Shown piece after piece: positions 55,320 to 64,000 of a stretch of DNA of 64,000 nucleotides (positions are counted from its first letter, which is position 1; every line of letters begins with the position of its first letter). This DNA is from Eledone cirrhosa (Eukaryota). Under the pieces are notes generated by a model. It had not been told where the DNA came from, did not search any database, and worked only from the letters and a program-made list of their open reading frames with translations. Location: NCBI GenBank assembly GCA_964016885.1, contig OZ024744.1:45384001-45448000 (forward strand), given 5' to 3'. The position numbers and the translations under genes were made by a program.

Positions 55320-57485
55320 ACCACACTACACTACAATATACCACGTCACACTACAATGTACCACACCACATTACAATATGCTAATCCATACTGCAATATA
55401 TCACACTACACTACTATATACCACACCACACTACAATATACCACACCACACTACAATATACCACTCCACACTAGAATATACCACGCCACACTACCAGATA
55501 TCACACCACACTACTATATATCAAACCACATTACAATATATCACACTACACTACAATATACCACTCCACACTACAATATACCACACCACACAACACTATA
55601 CCATACCACACTACAATATACCACACCACAATACCATATATCACACCACACCACACTACACTACAATATATCACACTAGACTACAATATACCACTCAACA
55701 CTACAATATATCTCTCTACACTACAATATACCACACCACACTAAAATATACGACTCCACTCTACACTATACCACACCAAACTACAGTATATCACACTACA
55801 CTACAATATACCACACCACGCTACAATATACCACACGACACTACAATATACCACACCACACTACACTATACCATACCACATTACAATATACCACACAAGA
55901 CTACAATATACAACTCCACACTACAATATATTAAACTACACTACAATATACTACACCACACTACAATATACGACTCCACTCTACACTATAACACACCACA
56001 CTACAATATATCACACTACAATATACCACACCACACTACAATATACCACACTACACTACACTATATCACAACACACTACTATATATCCAACCACATTACA
56101 ATATATCACACTACACTACAATATGCCATTCCCACTACAATATACCACACCACACTTCAATATTGCACACCACACTACAATATAGCACACCACACTACTA
56201 TATATCACACTACACTAAAATATACCACTCCACATTACAATATATCACACTAGACTACAATATACCACGCAACAGTACAATATATCAGTCTACACTATAA
56301 TATAGCACTCCACACTACGATATACCACACCACACTACAATATATCACATCACACTACACTATATCACATCACACTACAATATACCACACCACGCTACAA
56401 TATATCACACTATACTACAATGTGACACTCGACACTACAATATATCACACCACATTACGATATATTAGATCACACTACAATATGCAACTACACACTACAC
56501 TATAAAACTCCACACTACAATATACTACACCACACTAAAATATACCACATCACACTACAATATACCACACCACACTACACTATACCACACCACACTACAA
56601 CATATCACACCACACTACAATATATCACATCATACTACAATATATCACACCACACTACAATATGTCGACATTACTCTACACTATACCACTCCACCTTACA
56701 ATATATCACATCACACTACAATATACCACACTACACTATAATATACCACGTCACACTACAATGTACCACACCACATTACAATATGCTAATCCATACTGCA
56801 ATATATCACACTACACTACAATATACCACACCACACTACAATATACCACACCACACTACAATATACCACTCCACACTAGAATATCCCACTCCACACTACA
56901 AAATACCTCACCACACTACAATACACTATACCATACCACATCACACTACAATATACCAGACCACACTACAATATATCACACTACACTACAATATACGACA
57001 TTACACTACAATATACCACACCACACTACACTATACCATACCACACTACAATATACCACACCACACTACCATATATCATATCACACCACACTACACTACA
57101 ATATATCACACTAGACTACAATATACCACTCAACACTACAATATATCCCTCTACACTACAATTTACCACACCACACTAAAATTTACGACTCCACTCTACA
57201 CTATACCACAGCAAACTACAATATATCACACTACACTACAATATGCCACTCCCCACTACAATATACCACACCACACTTCAATATTCCACACCACACTACA
57301 ATATAGCACACCACACTAAATATATCACACAAGACTACAATATACCACTCAACAGTACAATATATCAGTCTACACTATAATATAGCACTCCACACTACGA
57401 TATACAACACCACACTACAATATGTCACATCACACTACAATAGATCACATCACACTACAATATACCACACCACGCTACAATATAT
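55320..57485. repeat. Diverged duplication with internal deletions (offset 1405 falling to 1080)
   Basis: CCACGTCACACTACAATGTACC...ATGCTAATCC at 55378/56783 (offset 1405). AACAGTACAATATATCAGTCTACACTATAATATAGCAC at 56271/57351 (offset 1080). Confidence 0.8.
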
Positions 57486-57759
57486 CACACCACACTAAAA
57501 TATACCACATCACACTACAATATACACACCACACTACAATATATCACATCATACTACAATATATCACACTACTCTACACTATACAACTCTACCTACAATA
57601 TACTACGCCACACTACAATATACTACGCCACACTACATTATACCACACCACACTACACTATACCATACCACACTACAATATATCACACCACACTGCAATA
57701 TATCGACACTAATCTAAACTGTACCACTCCACGTTACAATATATCACATCACACTACAA

Positions 57760-60500
57760 TATATCCTACCACACTACAATATAGCACACTACACAACACC
57801 ATACCACTCCACACTACAACATATCACATGATACTTCACAATACCACAACACTACAATATATCACACCGCACTAAAATATACCACACCACACTACAATAT
57901 ACCACACCACACTACAGTATCCCACATCACACTACAATATACCCCACCACACTACAATATACAACACCACACTACAATATACCACACCATACTACACTAT
58001 ACCACACCACACTACACTATACCACACCATACGACACTATATCCCTCCAAACTAGAATATACCACACCACACTACAATATATCCCACTACACTGCAACAT
58101 ACCACATCGCATTGCAATATACCACACTGCAATATACCACACCAGACTTGAATTCACCATCCCACACTACAATATACCACACCACACTAAAATATACCAC
58201 ACCACAATGCAATATACCACACCACACTACAATACACCACACCACACTACAATATACTACACCACGCAACAATATATCACACTATATTACAATATACCAC
58301 ACCACACTACAATATACCATACCACACTACAATATATCACACTACACTACAATATATCAAACTACACTCCAATATACCACACCACACTACGATATACGAC
58401 TCCACTCTACACTATACCACACCATACTACAATATATCAGAGTACACTACAATATACCACAACTCACTAAAATATACCACACCACATTACAATATACCAG
58501 ACCACACTACAATATATCACATTAATTACAATATATCACACTACACTACAATATACCACTCCACACTACATTATACCACACCACACTAAAATATACCACA
58601 CCGCACTACAATATATCCCACTACACTACAATATACCACATCACATTGCAATATACCACACCACACTGCAATATACCATACCACAATAGAATACACCACA
58701 CTACAATATACCACACCAAACTAACGTATACCACACCACACTACAATATACCTCAACGCACTGCAATATAGCACACCACACTGCAATATATCACACCACG
58801 CTACAATATACCACACCACAATGCACTATAGCATACCACACTACAATACACCACACTACACTACAATATATCACACCACACTAAAATATACCACATAACA
58901 CTACAATATACCAGACCACACTACAATATATCACACTACACTACAATATATCACACTACACTACAATATACCATTCCACACTACAATATATCACACCACA
59001 CTACAATATACAACATTACACTACAATATATCACACCACACTACTATATATCAAACCACATTACAATATATCACTCTACACTACAATATACCACTCCGCA
59101 CTACAATATACCACACAACACTACACCATACCATACCAACCTGCAATATACCACACTACACTACAATATACCACACCAAACTACCATATATCACACCACA
59201 CTACACTACAATATACCACACCACACTACACTATATCATACTACAATATATCACATTACACTACAATATACCACTCCACACTACAATATATCGCACTGTA
59301 CTTCAATATATCCTACCACACTACAATATAGCACACTACACAACACCATACCACTCCACACTACAATATATCACATCATACTGCATTATACCACCACACT
59401 ACAATATATCACACCGCACTACAATATACCAGACCACACCACAATATACCACACCACACTACAGTATCCCACATCACACTACAATATACCACATCACACT
59501 ACAATATAACACACCACACTACAATATACCACACCATACTACACTATACAACACCACACTACACTATAACACACCATACTACACTATATCCCTCCAAACT
59601 AGAATATACCACATCACACTACAATATACCACTCCACACTACAATATGCCATACCACATCACAGTACAATATATCCCACTACACTGCAATATACACTATA
59701 CAACACCACACTACACTACACCACACCATACTACACTATATCCCTCCAAACTAGAATATACCACATCACACTACAATATACCACTCCACACTACAATATG
59801 CCAGACCACACTAAAATATACCACATCACAGTACACTATATCCCACTACACTTCAATATACCACATCGTATTGCAACATACGACACTGCAATATACCACA
59901 CCAGACTTGAATTCACCACCCCACACTACAATATACCACACCACACTAAAATGTACCACACCGCACTGCAATATACCACACCACACTACAATACACCACA
60001 CCACACTACAATATACCACTCCGCACGTAAATATATCAAACTACTCTGCAATATACCACACCACACTACACTATACCATACGACACTATACTATACCACA
60101 CCAGACTACAATATATCAAACAAACACTACAATATACCACACCATACAACAATATACGATTCCACTCTACACTATACCACCCCACACTACAATATATCAC
60201 ACTATACTACGATATACCACACCACACTACAATATACCAGACCACACTACAATATATCACACTACACTAAAATATATCATACTACACTACAATATACCAC
60301 ACCACACTACAATATACGACTCCACTCTACACTATACCACACCACACTACTATATATCACACTACACTACAATATACCATAACACACTAAAATATACCAC
60401 ACCACACTACAATATACTAGACCACACTACAATATATCACACTACATTACAATATATCACACTACACTACAATATACCACTCCACACTGCAATATATCAC
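57760..60500. repeat. Diverged duplication (offset ~1547 rising to 1759)
   Basis: GCACACTACACAACACCATACC at 57784/59331. CCAGACTTGAATTCACC with GAATTC at 58150 and 59909. Confidence 0.8.
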
Positions 60501-63500
60501 GCCACACTAAAATATACCACAGCACACTACAATATACCACACCTCACTACAATATATCACACTACAATATACCAATCCACACTACAATATATCACACTAG
60601 ACTACAATATACCACTCAACACTAAAATATATCACTCTACACTACAATATACCACTCCACACTACAATATACCACACCATACTTCAATATAGCACATCAC
60701 ACTACAATATACAATATATCACACTATACTACAATATACCACTCCACACTACAATATATCACACTATACTACAATATAGCACGCCACACTTCAATATATC
60801 ACATCACACTACACTATATCACATCACACTACAATATACCACACCACACTACAATATACAATATATCACACTATACTACAATATACCACTCCACACTACA
60901 ACATATCACACTACACTACAATATACCACTCCACACTACAATATATCGCACTGTACTTCAATATATCATACAACTTTACACTACAATATATCACATCATA
61001 CTACAGTATATCACCACACTACAATATATCACACCGCACTACAATATACCACACCACACTACCGTATCCCACACCACTCTACGATATATCACACCAAAAT
61101 ACAATATACCACACCACACTACAATATACCACACCACACTATAAAATATCACTCCACACTAAAATATACCACACCACACTACAATATATCACACTAAACA
61201 ACAATATACCACACCACACTACAATATACCTCTTCACACAACAATATACCACACTACACTCCACTATACCATTTCACACTACAATATACCACACCACACT
61301 ACAATATACCACACCATACTACACTATACCACACCACACTACAATATACCACACCATACTACACTATAACCCTCCACACTAGAATATACCACACCACACT
61401 ATAATATACCAAAGCATACTACACTACAATATATCCCACTACACTACACTATACCACATTGCATTGCAGTATACCACACTGCAATGCAATATACCACACC
61501 ACACTAGAATATACCACACCACACTACAATATACCACAGCACAGTAAAATAGACCACACCACCCTACAATATATCACACTACAATATACCACTACACACG
61601 ACAATATATCAAACTACACTGGTATATACCACATCACGCTACACTATACAATACGACACTACAATATACCACACCAGACTACAATATACCAGACCACACT
61701 ACAACATATCACACTACGTTACAATATATCACACTACAATATACCACACCACACTTAAATATATCACATCACACTACAATATACAATATATCACACTACA
61801 CTACAATATACCACTCCACACTACAATATATCACGCCACACTAAAATATACCACAGCACACTACAATATACCACACCTCACTACAATATATCACACTACA
61901 ATATACCAATCCACACTACAATATATCACACTAGACTACAATATACCACTCAACACTAAAATATATCACTCTACACTACAATATACCACTCCACACTACA
62001 ATATGCCACGTCACACTTCAATATATCACATCACACTACACTATATCACATCACACTACAATATACCACACCACACTACAATATACAATATATCACACTA
62101 TACTACAATATAACACTCCACACTACAATATATCACACTACACTACAATATACCACTCCACACTACAATATATCGCACTGTACTTCAATATATCATACCA
62201 CTTTACACTACAATATATCACATCATACTACAGTATATCACCACACTACAATATATCACACCGCACTACAATATACCACACCAAACTATCGTATCCCACA
62301 CCACTCTACGATATATCACACCAAAATACAATATACCACACCACACTACAATATACCACACCACACTATAAAATATCACTCCACACTAAAATATACCACA
62401 CCACACTACAATATATCACACTAAACAACAATATACCACATCACACTACAATATACCTCTTCACACAACAATATACCTCACCACACTCCACTATACCACT
62501 TCACACTACAATATACCACACCACACTACAATATACCACACCATACTACAATATACCACACCACACTACAATATAGCACACCATACTACACTATAACCCT
62601 CCACACTAGAATATACCACACCACACTATAATATACCAAACCACACTACACTACAATATATCCCACTACACTACACTATACCACATTGCATTGCAGTATA
62701 CCACACTACAATGCAATATACCACACCACACTAGAATACACCACACCACACTACAATATACCACACCATACTAAAATAGACCACACCACCCTACAATATA
62801 TCACACTACAATATACCACTACACACGACAATATATCAAACTACACTGGTATATACCACATCACGCTACACTGTACAATACGACACTACAATATACCACA
62901 CCAGACTACAATATACCACTGAACACTACAATATATCAAACAAAGACTACAATATACCACACCACACTACAATATACGATTCCACTCTACACTATACCAC
63001 ACCCCACAACAATATATCACACTATACTACAATATACCACAGCACACTAAAATATACCATACCACACTACAATATATCACAATACACTACAATATATCAA
63101 ACTACACTACAATATACCACTCCACACTACAATATATCACACCACACTAAAATATACCACAGCTCACTACAATATACCACACCACGCTACAATATATCAC
63201 ACTACAATATACCAATCCACACTACAATATATCACACTAGACTACAATATATCACTCTACACTACAATATACCACTTCACACTACAATATACCACACCAC
63301 ACTACAATATATCACATCACACTACACTATATCTCATCACACTACAATATACCACACCACACTACAATATACAATATATCACACTATACTACAATATACC
63401 ACACTACAATATACAATATATCACACTATACTACAATATACCACTCAACACTACAATATACCACTCCACACTACAATATACCACACCACACTTCAATATA

Positions 63501-64000
63501 GCACATCACACTACAATATACAATATATCACACTATACTACAATATACCACTCCACACTACAATATATCACACTACACTACACTATACCACTCCACACTA
63601 CAATATATCGCACTGTACTTCAATATATCATACCACTTTACACTACAATATATCACATCACACTACACTATATCACATCACACTACAATATACCACACCA
63701 CACTACAATATACAATATATCACACTATACTACAATATAACACTCCACACTACAATATATCACACTACACTACAATATACCACTCCACACTACAATATAT
63801 CGCACTGTACTTCAATATATCATACCACTTTACACTACAATATATCACATCATACTACAGTATATCACCACACTACAATATATCACACCGCACTACAATA
63901 TACCACACCAAACTATCGTATCCCACACCACTCTACGATATATCACACCAAAATACAATATACCACACCACACTACAATATACCACACCACACTATAAAA
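60470..64000. repeat. Cluster of ~1.2-1.6 kb direct duplications continuing past the window end
   Basis: ORF pair 61459/62686 (offset 1227). CGCACTGTACTTCAATATATCATAC(A/C)ACTTTACAC at 60947, 62174, 63609 and 63801. CCAAACTATCGTATCCC at 62281/63908 (offset 1627). Confidence 0.85.

Larger units (their letters stand above)
1..64000. repeat. Tandem satellite/minisatellite array, ~20-bp monomer (consensus CCACACCACACTACAATATA; variant TCACACTACACTACAATATA), ~3,200 degenerate copies, single orientation
   Basis: The core CACTACAATATA recurs about every 20 bp from base 1 to 64000, and the 10-base columns stay in register for many consecutive lines. No non-repetitive interval and no inverted block was seen. 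Confidence 0.98.

Noticed and set aside
661-56800. Recurrent MLIHTAIY/MVIHIAIY ORF starts as a multigene family or variable-cassette system
   Set aside because: The ATG belongs to a duplicated variant monomer. Downstream frames end at arbitrary lengths, and there is no promoter, recombinase or constant region.
59646-60692. Longest ORF (348 aa) and other long + strand ORFs (11430-12314, 40202-41014, 55378-56253, etc.) as His/Thr/Tyr-rich genes
   Set aside because: They are pure repeat translations that overlap in multiple frames with the same peptide, with no unique domain or signal peptide. Starts and stops come from sporadic monomer mutations.
1-64000. CRISPR-like array (constant CACTACAATATA core with variable 8-bp intervals)
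   Set aside because: The variable parts are only ~8 bp and are mutational variants of one consensus, not unique 25-45 bp spacers. There is no palindromic repeat, leader or cas gene.
1-64000. Canonical telomerase-made telomere tract
   Set aside because: No TTAGGG/TTAGG/TTTAGGG-type repeat is present. Monomers are highly degenerate and are propagated in kb-scale blocks, which indicates recombination rather than templated addition.
1-64000. Synthetic or encoded-information DNA, or a base-calling artefact
   Set aside because: Nested duplications of graded divergence with shared rare variants fit natural satellite evolution. Only the identical 7.67-kb doubling remains suspect as an assembly issue.
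1-64000. tRNA, rRNA, structured ncRNA, promoters (TATA-like ATATA/TATAAAA) or terminators
   Set aside because: The near absence of G on one strand precludes stable stems, and the TATA-like words are just part of the monomer.

Overview
The whole 64 kb window is one uninterrupted, single-orientation satellite/minisatellite array of roughly 3,200 monomers, with no unique sequence and both ends running off the window. The monomer is ~20 bp, consensus CCACA-CCACA-CTACA-ATATA (common variant TCACA-CTACA-CTACA-ATATA). It is built from four related 5-bp units, and the + strand is A/C-rich with almost no G. All listed ORFs are translations of this repeat (His/Thr/Tyr/Ile/Pro-rich YHTTLQYTTPHYNIPHHTTI-type repeats), and I do not call any of them genes. 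The real information is higher-order structure. There is a 7,669-bp tandem duplication in which I saw no differences (15555-30904), a ~99.8% identical 3,287-bp tandem duplication (40032-46634) containing a 220-bp duplication, and many older 0.3-5.7 kb duplications. A conserved order of rare landmark monomers points to an older kb-scale higher-order unit. This looks like eukaryotic heterochromatic or subtelomeric satellite DNA, but the organism cannot be determined. I find no evidence for a protein-coding, CRISPR or mobile-element system. All offsets were derived by eye from landmark motifs and the ORF track, so boundaries are approximate.
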